From the IMG/VR virus record IMGVR_UViG_3300021431_000075, positions 544,001 through 608,000 of that record: a stretch of 64,000 nt of DNA; one strand, 5' to 3'. The position numbers and the translations under genes were made by a program. Position 1 is the first letter of the stretch. Each line of letters begins with the position of its first letter. Below the pieces are notes generated by a model. It was not told where the DNA came from. It did not search any database and was given only the letters and a program-made list of their open reading frames with translations. Shown here one piece after another: positions 19,078 through 31,000 of the stretch. The DNA comes from a virus (lineage: Duplodnaviria; Caudoviricetes).

Positions 19078-21981
19078 TTATTCATTTATTGTTATTTCTG
19101 GACAATCCGCAAGCACTCTTGAGTATAACACTTTTGCTCCTGTTTGTGTCGGATGCACCATATCTGAAGAAATATGCCCTATTATATCACTCGAACTTAA
19201 TGCACTGAACACATAAGATGAATTGTTATATGAAACGGTGATTTCATTGTTTGTTTCATCTTTCGATTCTATTGTGTAATTGTCATTGACACTACCGTTT
19301 GAATTATATATATGATTTGCTGTGTTTGTGTCAAGAACCTTGTCTATACTTTTGCTTGTGTATATAGTGGCAGCAAGCGTTTCGTTTCTCCAAGCAAATA
19401 ATGTCGGCGAATTATGCCATATGCCATCTTCATCTGTACCAACAGCATCTGCAAAATCTATTATTCTACATCCAAGAGTTTTTATATAATTGTTATATCC
19501 AGTTCTCTGGACTCTCGGAGTTGTAGGAATAGTAGATATTACAACATCAAAACCATATTCATGAGACAAACTGATTAAAGTATCTATATAAGTCTTTTGA
19601 TAAGAATTGATTGTATAAGCATCATTTACCTTTTCTTCGGTTCCGCCACCATTCATACCATGACACCAAACAACTATAGATGGAACATATCCCATTCCAA
19701 GTAATGTAGTTAAATCTGAAATTCCCTCATCTGGTTTTTCTCCTGCCTTGTTATCATAAAGTGTTCCGAAATATAAATCTCTAAAATAATAATAAGGCCA
19801 TCTGTTTGCGTCATTATATGAAAAATATGAGTCGCCAAACATCCATATGCTTTTGGTTAAATCCTTTGGAAAGAATTTCACTTCAGCATCAATAATAGTT
19901 TGCGTACCATTATTTTCGATAAAAGGTCGTCCGACACCCCATTTGTTTTTAGTAGTATACTCAAAGATGTCACCTTTGCTATTAAAAATTTGTATTTTTG
20001 AAACACATTGAACATATGTAGAATTAGAAGTACTATCAATAGTTGTAGACACTACAACAGTCGTGTCATTATCTATAAATTCACTTGGCAATGTTTGAGT
20101 ATCTTCAGTGGTAGTTGATGTGTAATACCTATGAAGAATCGCTTGTGTTTGAGTTAATTCAAGCCAAGAAGCCGCATATAATCTTTTATTATTGCCATTA
20201 GTATAACCAACACCGAAACACACATTCTCTATTGTTCCCTTAACTCTTCCAACATAGGTACAGTTCTTTGAAATATTAATAGATGATGTATATATAACTC
20301 CGGAAGCATCAATAATTCCCTTTGCCGTTAAACAGTTAAATTTTTTTGGCGGAACATATGAACTAATATCAATATCTGGTATATATTCTGGCTTGATTTT
20401 TCTATCTGCTGAATACGGAACATAATTTGTTATTACAGAACCTTCTTCAACCTGTATAGAATCTTTATAATCATAATCAAATGTAAACCTTATATAAGCA
20501 TCACCCGCACATTCTACATATGTATAAATATTGGTTCTGTCACCTCTAATGTACTTTTTATCAGAGTCATAGACAGCCATGCCTGATGTATTACCAAGCG
20601 AACCATAATGATTAAGTATCAATCCATTCTCTGAAATCGGAATATAACCAGTACAACCAACTCTACCTTCATGTTCAGTACCTGCCCAAGAATATTCATT
20701 ACCTGAAGTAGAAGTGATTTGCACATTTAATTTAAAGTCAGGATCATTTGGATTACATAAATTCTTGCTATATATAATTTCAAAGAAATTTGCTTTATCT
20801 GGTGTAACTGCACTATCAACTAATTTTGTTGTTGATACTGAATTATCAGCAATTCGACCATCTTTCATTATCCAGTAAGGTTCAGCATAAGGAATGAATT
20901 CGCTTGGTAATGTACTTCCTTTGTATATTGCGTACTGGTTATTTTCGTTTGGATATAAGTTAAAACGAACATAAGCATATGAAGGGTTATCCGTTTTGGA
21001 TACTGCTATAGCACTACCGGGATTTGTAGTCTTATCAAGGAAAGTTATGTAGTCTCCATTCTCATCATATGCAACATAAGCTGCTACTCCTTGACCGCTT
21101 TTGTTCATACAACTAATGCAGATAATATCTTCTGTAAGCGGTATAAGTGGAGTACAACCGTATGTAGCATTATATGTGGGATTGGAGATATCTCCGACCA
21201 CTCCGGTATTTCTATTTACATATCTTCCTACTTCTATTGTGTCCGGATTAAGCAAATTCGTTCCGATAACCAAATCCATCGTAGCATCTGCAATTACCTT
21301 TCCTTGTGCAGCACTCAATGGTCTAACAGAATCATTAGTTGTTAAATTATTAACACTAATGTCATCTTTTAATTTCGATGCGGATATACTATTGTCTTTA
21401 AGTTGTTCTTCACCGATAATATTTGTTTTAAACTCACTTTCTAAATAATTATATGGGATATATTCATTTGGATAGTTAGAAGAAGTTCCTCTAATTACCA
21501 TAAATTCATCAAGTTGTGCGATTGCACCAGAATATCTTACATAAGCGTCTCCTTCTTGATATGTTGCTTGTTCATTGCTATAACCATGAGTAAATACTTT
21601 TTCGCTATTATAACAAGCATATCCTAAATAAGTACCACCCTTTTTTGCCAATGCAGCATAGCAACCGGCTTCATCAATAGGTATGTAATCTGTAGTAAAA
21701 GAAGCACCGACTGTTGAACTCGGTTTGAGTTCACCATCTAATCTACTGACTAAATAATCATCAACCTTTTTTCTTTTATCAAAAAGATTTATACGAGTAC
21801 TATCAATAAATTTATTAGCAATGTTTGTTAGCGGTTCAACTTTATCATTTATTTCTTCAGTAGCATCTTGCACATTTGTAGAAACTAAATCACTATTGGT
21901 ATTGTTGAACGTAATTATAGAAGCGTCTGAACCAATAAAGTAATCAAATTCTTCTACATTTATTTTCGTTACCTTAGCCAT
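19078..21981 (-). CDS. Cassette 1L: virion-type protein with repeated beta-sandwich-like modules and a C-terminal SGNH hydrolase
   Basis: MAKVTKINV N-terminus; three NLxNP...TxYIP...AYDxxxxYI...YVRF repeats; FGDS, GMNG and DMVHP motifs. Confidence 0.75.
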   Translation of the reverse strand: MAKVTKINVEEFDYFIGSDASIITFNNTNSDLVSTNVQDATEEINDKVEPLTNIANKFIDSTRINLFDKRKKVDDYLVSRLDGELKPSSTVGASFTTDYIPIDEAGCYAALAKKGGTYLGYACYNSEKVFTHGYSNEQATYQEGDAYVRYSGAIAQLDEFMVIRGTSSNYPNEYIPYNYLESEFKTNIIGEEQLKDNSISASKLKDDISVNNLTTNDSVRPLSAAQGKVIADATMDLVIGTNLLNPDTIEVGRYVNRNTGVVGDISNPTYNATYGCTPLIPLTEDIICISCMNKSGQGVAAYVAYDENGDYITFLDKTTNPGSAIAVSKTDNPSYAYVRFNLYPNENNQYAIYKGSTLPSEFIPYAEPYWIMKDGRIADNSVSTTKLVDSAVTPDKANFFEIIYSKNLCNPNDPDFKLNVQITSTSGNEYSWAGTEHEGRVGCTGYIPISENGLILNHYGSLGNTSGMAVYDSDKKYIRGDRTNIYTYVECAGDAYIRFTFDYDYKDSIQVEEGSVITNYVPYSADRKIKPEYIPDIDISSYVPPKKFNCLTAKGIIDASGVIYTSSINISKNCTYVGRVKGTIENVCFGVGYTNGNNKRLYAASWLELTQTQAILHRYYTSTTTEDTQTLPSEFIDNDTTVVVSTTIDSTSNSTYVQCVSKIQIFNSKGDIFEYTTKNKWGVGRPFIENNGTQTIIDAEVKFFPKDLTKSIWMFGDSYFSYNDANRWPYYYFRDLYFGTLYDNKAGEKPDEGISDLTTLLGMGYVPSIVVWCHGMNGGGTEEKVNDAYTINSYQKTYIDTLISLSHEYGFDVVISTIPTTPRVQRTGYNNYIKTLGCRIIDFADAVGTDEDGIWHNSPTLFAWRNETLAATIYTSKSIDKVLDTNTANHIYNSNGSVNDNYTIESKDETNNEITVSYNNSSYVFSALSSSDIIGHISSDMVHPTQTGAKVLYSRVLADCPEITINE

Positions 21982-22003
21982 TTCTTATTAGTTAGAAGCA
22001 TTT

Positions 22004-22078
22004 TTATTGATTAACCGGTGTCATTTCGATTGAATTGTCTTCAAAATCTGCATCCTTTATGATTACAATCTTTCCCAT
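22004..22078 (-). CDS. Micro-ORF MGKIVIIKDADFEDNSIEMTPVNQ (24 aa)
   Basis: Manual translation; one of four homologous micro-ORFs, similar to the N-terminus of 59791..60342. Confidence 0.65.
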   Translation of the reverse strand: MGKIVIIKDADFEDNSIEMTPVNQ

Positions 22079-22141
22079 GAAAACTTTGCTACATATGTTA
22101 TTTTAAAATGATTAAAACAAGAGTGTTAGTATTTTTAACGA

Positions 22142-22252
22142 TTGTTTCTAAACAGGTAAGTTTCAGTTAGTTACAACTTCATATAATGCTATTGTGAACA
22201 AATTGAAGTCTTTGAAACCCAGCAAGATGCAAACTTACCTGTTTAGAAACAA
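22142..22252. repeat. Switch locus 1: 22-bp perfect inverted repeat with 67-bp spacer
   Basis: TTGTTTCTAAACAGGTAAGTTT (22142-22163) and AAACTTACCTGTTTAGAAACAA (22231-22252). Confidence 0.95.
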
Positions 22253-22277
22253 ACTTCTAAAAATAAGAGTGCAATCG

Positions 22278-22352
22278 ATGGGAAAACTTTTGATTATCAA
22301 AGATGCAGACTTTGAAGAAAATTCTATTGAAAGAACACAGGTAGAACAATAA
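22278..22352 (+). CDS. Micro-ORF MGKLLIIKDADFEENSIERTQVEQ (24 aa)
   Basis: Manual translation; lies directly upstream of the 22373 gene. Confidence 0.65.
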   Translation: MGKLLIIKDADFEENSIERTQVEQ

Positions 22353-22372
22353 AATAACTTCCGTATCAAGAC

Positions 22373-24442
22373 ATGGGTAATCCAATCATAACGACAATAA
22401 ATGTTGAAGATGTTCCATATAAGATTAAGGGTTCATTGTATGATGGACTTGGCAACAATACAGATGGTGGTATCACGCAGGCTGCAATAACTTCTGAGTT
22501 GAATAGCATCAATGAAACCATAGACAACATCGAGCACAACAATACATTGGAATATGAAGAAAGCATCGTCATTTTAGACAATCTGGATGCATCTGTTGTT
22601 GAGATTACGTCAAGTTATGTTAATGCAAAGAATCTGAAGTCTAACGGTATTGATGTTGCCACGCTTGAAGATATCAGCACATTTGCATCAATAGATGACA
22701 TTAACGATAAACAAGACAAGATAGACAATATCGGTTATGAAGAACTTAACTTCCAAACACCGACAATAGAATTCAGGGATGATAATGATAATTATGTCGG
22801 GGAAGTTTCTCCAGAGGCAATCGCAGCAAAGAAGTTCTTAATCAAGACAAGTCCGGAAGATATTGGGGTGGACATAAGCGGTATTGTTGGCGGCACCACA
22901 GTTGCAAAGACGCTCGGGTTCAGTGACATTGTCCATGTCATCGGTTACGGTCAGTCTCATATGTCCGGCACAAACAGCGGACTCCCGGTATCGACAACAC
23001 AAAACAGGGCAAATCTTAAAAGATTTGCAGGTGGAGTCAGACCGTATGATACATTTGACCTTGATTCAAGCCGTAGAGTCATTATCGAACGTCAATCTGG
23101 TGTCGAACCTACATATCTTGAAATGTCTGACAATAAAAGCGCATGCTTGACGCAAAAGTCCATCAACTATATTGCTGCATCTGTTGATAGTCTTGTTCCA
23201 TTGACAGAGCAGAGAGTAAAATATGAAAAGAACCAAAATAACACATACAGTCCGAATCCTTCTGTAATAAATGCATCTACATCTGGACATGCGGACGGAG
23301 AGACTCCATTGACCGGTTTCTGCGAAGGTTTCTTGAACGCGATTGAGAAATCATACGGAAACAATTTCGGATTTGAAATGCTTGCTACTTGCTGTGCTTA
23401 TGGTTCTGCTGATTTCCTGAGCCTTTGTCCGCTTGACAGAGATGGCATTATTCATAACGAAAAAGAAATAGACGGGACGAACTTCAACTACTTTGACGTT
23501 TTGATGATGACTGTCAAGGAAGCAAAAGAACTTGCAGATGCAGAGAATAAGTCATATTCTGTTGATGTGGTCATATATATGGAGTCGAATACGATAGCTG
23601 AAAACCGTAGTGGAACTTCTGTTAGTTTGACCGTTCAACAGAAAGCATACAGAATCGCGCAGCTTTTCACGCTCATTAACCAGAGAGTCAAAGAAATAAC
23701 AAAGCAAAGCAATGATATAATATTCTTATGTGACCAGAGCAAGACATATATGTCACAGAGAGAAGCCATACGCATTCTTTGTATCGACAAAGAATTTGCT
23801 TTGACGGAAGCTGAACAGAACGTACTGGAGACTTTGACGAACAATGATATTGAACCATACGACATGAACAAGATTTATCTTGTTATCGGTTCCAATAACT
23901 ATGAAATCGGCACTGACCACATTCATCATCCATCATATGCACAGAAACTTGAAGGAGCAACAATCGGAGAGATATATGCAAGGATTCTCTCAAGAAATAA
24001 TTTCGAGCCTTTGTATCCAATAAAGTTCAAGGTGATTGACAATGATATCTATGTCAAATATCATGTGCCTGTTTCTCCAATCGTAATAGACATGAATGCA
24101 GTGAACGGAGCGCATACTTGTCCGAACTGGTGTACAGAACGTGGTGAAATGTACGGTTTCTCAATCTTCAACAAGAATACATCTACTTATGAACCGAATT
24201 TCATCACTGCTGCGGAAGTGACAGAAGGAGATACTATTAAACTCACGTGTGAAAGTTCTCCTGTTGGTAAAGTTCTTGAATACTGTTATAAGCCTATTGA
24301 CAATAGTGGTAGTGGTTTGCCAACGAATTGCGAGTTCGGCAATGTCAGAGACTCGCAAGGAGATATTGCAAAAATCACAATCAACAACACAGAACATCCA
24401 TTGCATAACTGGTCAATCGGCTTCTCAAAAGATATAATGTAA
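22373..24442 (+). CDS. Cassette 1R: virion-type protein with a sialate O-acetylesterase-like (SASA/SGNH) domain
   Basis: Shared N-terminus YKIKGSLYDGLGNNTDGGITQAA; GYGQSH and DHIH motifs; C-terminal GNVRDS...LHNW typical of phage SASA-like tail proteins. Confidence 0.7.
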   Translation: MGNPIITTINVEDVPYKIKGSLYDGLGNNTDGGITQAAITSELNSINETIDNIEHNNTLEYEESIVILDNLDASVVEITSSYVNAKNLKSNGIDVATLEDISTFASIDDINDKQDKIDNIGYEELNFQTPTIEFRDDNDNYVGEVSPEAIAAKKFLIKTSPEDIGVDISGIVGGTTVAKTLGFSDIVHVIGYGQSHMSGTNSGLPVSTTQNRANLKRFAGGVRPYDTFDLDSSRRVIIERQSGVEPTYLEMSDNKSACLTQKSINYIAASVDSLVPLTEQRVKYEKNQNNTYSPNPSVINASTSGHADGETPLTGFCEGFLNAIEKSYGNNFGFEMLATCCAYGSADFLSLCPLDRDGIIHNEKEIDGTNFNYFDVLMMTVKEAKELADAENKSYSVDVVIYMESNTIAENRSGTSVSLTVQQKAYRIAQLFTLINQRVKEITKQSNDIIFLCDQSKTYMSQREAIRILCIDKEFALTEAEQNVLETLTNNDIEPYDMNKIYLVIGSNNYEIGTDHIHHPSYAQKLEGATIGEIYARILSRNNFEPLYPIKFKVIDNDIYVKYHVPVSPIVIDMNAVNGAHTCPNWCTERGEMYGFSIFNKNTSTYEPNFITAAEVTEGDTIKLTCESSPVGKVLEYCYKPIDNSGSGLPTNCEFGNVRDSQGDIAKITINNTEHPLHNWSIGFSKDIM

Positions 24443-24452
24443 AAATTAAGAT

Positions 24453-24983
24453 ATGAAACTTATATTAAAAAATAGCAATCTTGTATTTGCGCAAGGAATT
24501 CAGGATCTAACGATTCCAATACAACAAACAACCGGCGAAATGTATTATGTTGCAAATGCCCGTTCGACAATCGCTTGGGATAATTCGGATCCTTCTAATA
24601 AAGCAATCACAGCCGGTAGCAAATATCAACGTTCACAAGTAATAAATGTAGAAAGAACAAAATACAATGCTTTCAAGATTGTCACGTCGAATCCTAATGA
24701 CGTTACGACATATGCATGGATAACATTCGCTGGTTCTCAAAAAGGACAAAGAACTTATCAATCTTCTCCATTGACAGTCAACACAAAGCATGACTTTCGA
24801 GATTCTACGAAGTTCGTTATAGATTCTAAAAGACAATCATTAGACAGTGCTATTAGTAGCATAGATGGTTGTGCAGGAGAAATAGTGCATCAATTCGCAA
24901 TCAGTCTCAAAAACGACGGAACTGCGCCGTCGATGACTGCTGAAGAATTTAAAGCAATAACTATTGTTTTGATGGCTGAATAG
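24453..24983 (+). CDS. Small companion protein of cassette 1R
   Basis: Starts 10 bp after the cassette; MKLILKNSNLVF N-terminus. Confidence 0.7.
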   Translation: MKLILKNSNLVFAQGIQDLTIPIQQTTGEMYYVANARSTIAWDNSDPSNKAITAGSKYQRSQVINVERTKYNAFKIVTSNPNDVTTYAWITFAGSQKGQRTYQSSPLTVNTKHDFRDSTKFVIDSKRQSLDSAISSIDGCAGEIVHQFAISLKNDGTAPSMTAEEFKAITIVLMAE

Positions 24984-25003
24984 TTAAAAACAATATAAAA
25001 TAC

Positions 25004-25038
25004 GAAACCCAGACTTCTATCAAGAAATCTGGGTTTCT
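25004..25038. terminator. Bidirectional intrinsic terminator
   Basis: GAAACCCAGACTTCT...AGAAATCTGGGTTTC between convergent genes. Confidence 0.7.
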
Positions 25039-25069
25039 TCTTAATCGACCGGAATCTTTGGTTAGTTGA

Positions 25070-26338
25070 TTAGCTCTCGGAAGTCAGCCTGATTGAGTAG
25101 TACTTCTTCCCGGCGAACTTCTTGAATATACTCGTATCCGCAGTCGAGTTATGAACGCCGCGTGTTCCTTCTGTGAACTTGATGAAGAACTCCTTGTTTG
25201 CATTCATGTCAAATTGGAAGTGCTCGAGGATGGTCTGCTGGAACTTCTGCGATGAGATTGTGAACGTAGTAGGCTCGCCGTTCTTGTGGTTTCTGCCATA
25301 GATGCTGAGTCTCGCAATCTTCTTTGACTTGTTAGGAGCGTGTGTGCGGTTTTCCTGCTCCGTGAACACCATGTACATCGCGCCGTCCTTCCCGTCCACG
25401 AGAGTCACGTGCGTGAAATGATTTTCTATCATATCAGCGCCGAACTCTCTGTCCACCACCATCGGAGCGATGGTTCCGTTGCTGCGTACTCGGATTTTCA
25501 TCATGTTCGAACCGCCTGCAACCTTTGCATATGACTGGTTCTTGAACGGAGTTCCGCGACGCTTCTTGCGCTCGCTGATCGGAGTGTCGCAGTCGTACTC
25601 GTCTGCCGGAATATCGTTGGAAACAGTCACAGTTTCGGCAGCGGAGTCAGCGGCTTCTTCCGGAACATAGTTCTTGAACGAGTCCTCAAGCACGCTTGCG
25701 ATGCGATGAGGCTTCAGGAAACCGTTGAAGTGAGTCTGGTTGACCGTAACCTGCTTGGTGTTGCGGAAGTTGAAGCGAGGAGAGAAACCGCGGCACTTAC
25801 CGAGATATGCATGCACAAGACCTTTCGACATCTTGAGAATGTTCTCGTCCTCTTTGTCGAAGTTGCCTTCAGCCTTTCCTTCAAGAACGTTGTTGATGAC
25901 ATCCTCGCAGTACTTCTGGATAGCCATGAAGTCAAACAGCGGTGCAGGTTCCTTCTTTGCTGGTTCTGCTTCTGCAGTGGACTCTTCAATCTTCTGTTCA
26001 GACTTGTTCTCGTCCACTTCCGAAACGATATTCTGAACATAGTCAGACTGAACGCCTGTGCCGGTCACAGTCTTGATTGCATCGCTCACCTTGTTCTCGA
26101 CCATCGTCTTGACTGCTGTCTTGACTGTCGACACTTCGTCGATAAGAAGGTCTGAAATGGTTCTCATGGTCTCGGACATCTTCGTCATGACCTTGCTTGT
26201 GATTTCGGTTGTAATCTCGGCTACAATCTTGTCTAACACTTCAGTAGGGACTTGGAAAGTCGCCGTAATTTGTTTTGATGTTTCCATTTGGGCTTTTGTT
26301 TTTAGTTGAACAATCGTGTTTTGATTTTCTGCTTGCAA
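25070..26338 (-). CDS. Hypothetical protein (true start may be METSKQ near 26287)
   Basis: Long ORF with core-type codon usage; no motif recognised. Confidence 0.75.
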   Translation of the reverse strand: MQAENQNTIVQLKTKAQMETSKQITATFQVPTEVLDKIVAEITTEITSKVMTKMSETMRTISDLLIDEVSTVKTAVKTMVENKVSDAIKTVTGTGVQSDYVQNIVSEVDENKSEQKIEESTAEAEPAKKEPAPLFDFMAIQKYCEDVINNVLEGKAEGNFDKEDENILKMSKGLVHAYLGKCRGFSPRFNFRNTKQVTVNQTHFNGFLKPHRIASVLEDSFKNYVPEEAADSAAETVTVSNDIPADEYDCDTPISERKKRRGTPFKNQSYAKVAGGSNMMKIRVRSNGTIAPMVVDREFGADMIENHFTHVTLVDGKDGAMYMVFTEQENRTHAPNKSKKIARLSIYGRNHKNGEPTTFTISSQKFQQTILEHFQFDMNANKEFFIKFTEGTRGVHNSTADTSIFKKFAGKKYYSIRLTSES

Positions 26339-26490
26339 ATATATAATGTTTTTTAGAAACCAGCAAGCAATGCAATAAAAAATATTCTAATTTTAGGAAA
26401 CATTAACTATTTCTATTGTTTTTAAATATCAAAAAAGAGAAGCAAAGTTCTTATTTTGCTTCTCTTTCCACAATATGTTGATAATTATAA

Positions 26491-28017
26491 TTATGAAATC
26501 ATCTTGATGTTCTTCTTAAGCATCTGGGTTCGCTTTCCTCCGCGAATCACCTCGACTAAGTCATCTGGTTCCACAGCCTGCGTATATGACGTCGGGTTGA
26601 TTCTGATTTTCCTGAGCGGCTCGTCCGAATCAATATCGGTCTCGAAGTCGTCGTTGTCAACCATGACAGCCCAAGGCCACTGCTCGACCGGCACGACAAT
26701 CTGGCTCATCGGCAGCACGGCGTACTCTCCGTCCTCATTGACCACATGCACGTTTTCCTTGCACTCGTTGATGTCCTTGAGACTTGCATAGTACTTCTGG
26801 AAGTTCAACTTCATACCGTTTGCAACGATGTCGCATTCAACAGTACGGTCGTTCAGGTCCTTGTAGTCCCTCGTGTAGTCGTACTTGTCGTTCTCGACCG
26901 GGTTGTTGATTCTTGTTTCCGGATTCAGGTCGAACCTTGAATAGTACTTGTCATTATAATCAGTGTTTCCCCATCTCGTGTTCAGCAGATATGTCAGGTC
27001 CGGCTTGATGTCCTTTGCCACGAACTCGAACGTCTCTCCCTGCACCATGACATATACGAACTGTCCGCCGTCGATAATGTCCCTGACAGAAGTCACGGTT
27101 CCGCTCATGTCATATCCGTCTATGTTCACGACAACCCTGTCATATGGCTCGTACATAATCTCGTTCGCCGGTGTGTTCCTGACCTCGTTCAGATAGCTTT
27201 CAAGCATCGCTCTGTGAACATTCGGCAGGTTTATTCTTGGCGCAGCGCTTTCTTGCTGCTGCTGGTCTAATGCTCCCACTGTTCCGTCCTTTTTTTGTTT
27301 GTCTTCTATTTCTTGCTGGAAATTGTTCTCGTCAGATGTTCCGTACTTCGCTTCCTTGACCTTGACGCTCTTTGCAAAGATGCCGTCAGTGCCGAGCTTG
27401 TTTCTACGAATCACTTTGATGTTCTCGTTGATTCCAGTCTCGTTCACGAGCGCGGTCCTGTCCATCGTGTTCTCGTATGATTTGCCGGTCAGGGAACTCA
27501 TGATGCTTGAAACAACGAACAAGCAGTCATCCCGGTTCTTGTAGTCAACAGAGTCAAGCAGTTCATCTATGTTCTCGTAGCTGTACTTGAAACTGTCGAA
27601 CGAGACGCCCGGAACACCGTTCTCGATATCAGAAGCGATTTGTCCGAACTCGTCAGTGTCTCTATAGTAGATTTCCTGACCTATCCTGTACACCGTGTAG
27701 CTCTCGTCTCCCATCGAGATTGAGAAGTTCAGCGGAACCGTAGTTCCGCCAAACTTGTTCACTATCTCTGACACGATAACATGGTTTCCGTCGGCATTCG
27801 CGTTGGCAGCGCACGCGTTCGCTGCATAGTTCATCGCCGAGAGCGTGTCTGCCTGCTTGTTGTCGTAGTACTCGATAGGATCGCCGTCATACTGTCCGGT
27901 CGTAAGATCGCCGGCTGTTCCGTAGCCGGGCTTCTCGATGTCGGAACCACCAACATGAACATTGAGTCCGAGATTGTCCATCTCGCTCATTCTCTTTGAT
28001 TTTTTGGTAGCCTTCAT
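26491..28017 (-). CDS. Hypothetical acidic protein (508 aa), probably structural
   Basis: Directly downstream of the 1248-aa gene. Confidence 0.75.
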   Translation of the reverse strand: MKATKKSKRMSEMDNLGLNVHVGGSDIEKPGYGTAGDLTTGQYDGDPIEYYDNKQADTLSAMNYAANACAANANADGNHVIVSEIVNKFGGTTVPLNFSISMGDESYTVYRIGQEIYYRDTDEFGQIASDIENGVPGVSFDSFKYSYENIDELLDSVDYKNRDDCLFVVSSIMSSLTGKSYENTMDRTALVNETGINENIKVIRRNKLGTDGIFAKSVKVKEAKYGTSDENNFQQEIEDKQKKDGTVGALDQQQQESAAPRINLPNVHRAMLESYLNEVRNTPANEIMYEPYDRVVVNIDGYDMSGTVTSVRDIIDGGQFVYVMVQGETFEFVAKDIKPDLTYLLNTRWGNTDYNDKYYSRFDLNPETRINNPVENDKYDYTRDYKDLNDRTVECDIVANGMKLNFQKYYASLKDINECKENVHVVNEDGEYAVLPMSQIVVPVEQWPWAVMVDNDDFETDIDSDEPLRKIRINPTSYTQAVEPDDLVEVIRGGKRTQMLKKNIKMIS

Positions 28018-28035
28018 TTTACAAACCGTTCAGAT

Positions 28036-31000
28036 TTACTTTCTCACCTTCTTAATGGAAAGAATAGAGCGCTTCTCGTTGATTCTCTTGCCGGAGCGTC
28101 TTCTCTTGTAAGACTCTGGAATTACGTCATCGAGTTCGATGTTCTCGTCCGCATCCTCGGCTTCATCGTCAGATGCATTTCCGATTTTCTCTGCTGGAAC
28201 CTCAATCTCTGTTCCCTCTGCATCCGTATAGGTATCAACCGGATCTGTCGCTGTGTCAACCGATGCATCGACTGCATCAACTGCATCGACATCGTCGCCA
28301 AGGTCTCCGAAAATGTCTCCGAAATCAAAGTCATCCTCGTCGTCAAGACCGTCTATCTCCAAGTCCTCGTCGCCGTTGTCGTCAATTTCGATGGTTTCGG
28401 TGTCATCAACATCTGCTGGCGGAAGATTGTCATCATCGTTCTCGATTCCTGCTGCAGCATCAACCTCGTCAGTGTCGATGTCGAAGTTCACGTCATCGTC
28501 AGTATCTTCTTCGTCCCCGATAGTGAAGATGCCCTTGTCCTCGTCGTTGCCATCCTCGATGTACTCATTCTCCCAGTCATCGTCGTTTCCGCCTGCATCA
28601 ACAGTCTTGATGTCATCCGTCACTACCGCATCAGCAGAAGAAACAGTAACGCCGTTGGCGCATACGTCTGCATACTGAGGATGCGAAGTAATCGCGTTGA
28701 TGATAGAATTGTACATAGAAGTGGACATCTTCTCATTCATATCGAGAATAGGAGTGTTATCATCTCCGCTCAAATAGAACTTGATTTCAACATTCTCGAC
28801 ATCCTTCGAACCGTCCGCTGTAATAACAGGCTTCAGTACGAGAACAGTTCCGGACTTCATCACGGTCGAGTTCTTCACGTTGCCGTCGAACATCACGTTC
28901 ACGATGCTGTAGTCCGGCGTCTCTACATGAGGATTGAAGAGTTCAGTATCAACTTCCTTATTCAAGTCAATCGGGTCTTCCACGTCGCCGCCGAATATGT
29001 CAGTCGCCTCGGAACCTTCTTCGTCAGTCTCGCCGGTCTCTGCATCGACAGTTTCCATTCCGGCAAGATTGTCATTGTTTTCCTCGCCGAAGTCATCACC
29101 TATGATAATGTCCTCGTCGCTTGGAACATCTTCTGCAGCAGGCTCGTCGGAAATCTCATCATTTCCTTCTTCATCAGTCTCGTCAAAGATGTCGTCGCCG
29201 TCAACATACTCATCGCCAAGTTCTTCCGCATCAACTTCTGTCTCGGCAGGCTCGTCGTCAAGATTGTCAACATCTTCTGTATCGACTTCTTGGAACTCCT
29301 CGTCATCGGTTGCATCAGAGCCGTCTTCGATGTCATTGACAATATCATCAACCTCTTGGTCTGATACGGAATCAGTGTCTTCAGCAGGCTCGTCATCGCC
29401 GCCGTACTGTGTTGCAAGGCTGTTGATTGCTGCCGTGTCTGCATCTGTAACGCCGTCTTCTTCTGCGTTTCCAGAACCAGCACCGTCAAGATAATCATCA
29501 AACTCTGCATCGGAAATCTCTCCGGTAGCATCATCTGCATCATACTCGCCATCAGCAGTAGAACCGTCATAGCCGGCAGGGATTTCAATATCTTCGTCGC
29601 CGGTCACCTTTTGAACAGGCTGCGAGAGTTCGTCCTTCATCGCTTCTGCCTCATCTGCGGAAACAGGCTCGTTGCTTGTCTCTGTCTTCGTGTTCTCGTC
29701 ATCTTCCTCGTCGTCATCATCGGACTTCTTTGTTGCAAGAGCCTCGTCGTTGTCCTTCTGCCACTGCTTGTACTCATCCTTGATGTCCTTGAGTTTCTGC
29801 TTGGAATCGTCAATCATGTCAGTGATTTCCTTCTTAATCTCATCTGTCGTCGCTTCTTCCTTTGCAGCCTTCAGGTCCTCGATTGCCTGAGTGTACTCTT
29901 CAATGGACTTCTCGTACTCGTTCTTGGTCTCGTTCAGGCGGAGAATAATCTTGTCCTGATTAGGAAGCAAGTCTCCGAACAGACTTGAAACGTTGATGCC
30001 CATATGCTCGTTGAGCGTGTTCTTGCAGAATATAGGATTGACATTCCTATAGAACGTGTGCTTCATGAGAGCGTTGTTGTGAGTAGCCATGTAGATGTTC
30101 TCGTCAAGCTTGAACAAGTCAGCGGTGATGTCCGTGTTGCTGTTCAGCGAAATGTGCTTAGCCCAGTCGATTCTTGCGATGTTGTTGAAGTTCTCAAGCA
30201 GGCAGGAACACATGATGTAGAAGTTCGTGTCATAGTTGTCATACTTGATGCACATCTCGTCAAGACGGCGCAAAGACTCTCTGTCTTCCTTGTATCCGTT
30301 GATGTCAACATAGCCTTCATAGATAGTCGCGCTGTAGTCTGTTCCGATGAGGTCGATGTGGTCGTCGCAGATATGAACATGAGGATCGTTCACGAGATGA
30401 CAAAGTTCCACGAACCTTTCATCCAAGTGGCTGATGTACTTCTTGTCAAGAACAGACATGATGTTGCCTTTCTTCACGAAGTACTGTCCGTTCACGTTGA
30501 AGATTGACTCGTTCTCCCTGATGTACTGGACAGGAGTGTAGATTGGAGAAACAGTCGCGTTCTGGCGGATGATGTCAATCTCTTCCTTGATGGAGATAGC
30601 CTTCTCTGAAATGCTGTTAGCCTTGATTGAGTCGGACTGATAAATCACGTCGAACATCGCGCTGATATAAGGATCGTGCGCGTAAGGCATCAACGCATTG
30701 CGGAGCTGAACTCTGTTTGTCGCGTTAGGGTTCAGAACATAGCGCGCTACGTCTTCCTGAATGAGCTCTACATATATATAAGATGAGTAAGAGTCTCTCA
30801 TCTCCTCAAGCAGCTTGGTGAGCGCGATGCTCTCCTGATTCTTCTCGACCACCTTCTTGATGTCCTTTCTCATCTTGTCAACAGGAAGCAGGTAGTTGTA
30901 CATCGAAGTGTTCTGAAGCAGAGTCTCGTAAAGACGCTCCTCATATGCTCCGTTGGCAAGAGCGTTTGCATACTCGGAAAGAACATTCTTCAACTTGTCG

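Noticed and set aside
22152-22161. CAGGTAAGT inside the sites matches a spliceosomal 5' splice site
   Set aside because: Phage context, intergenic location and inverted-pair arrangement; the match is coincidental.
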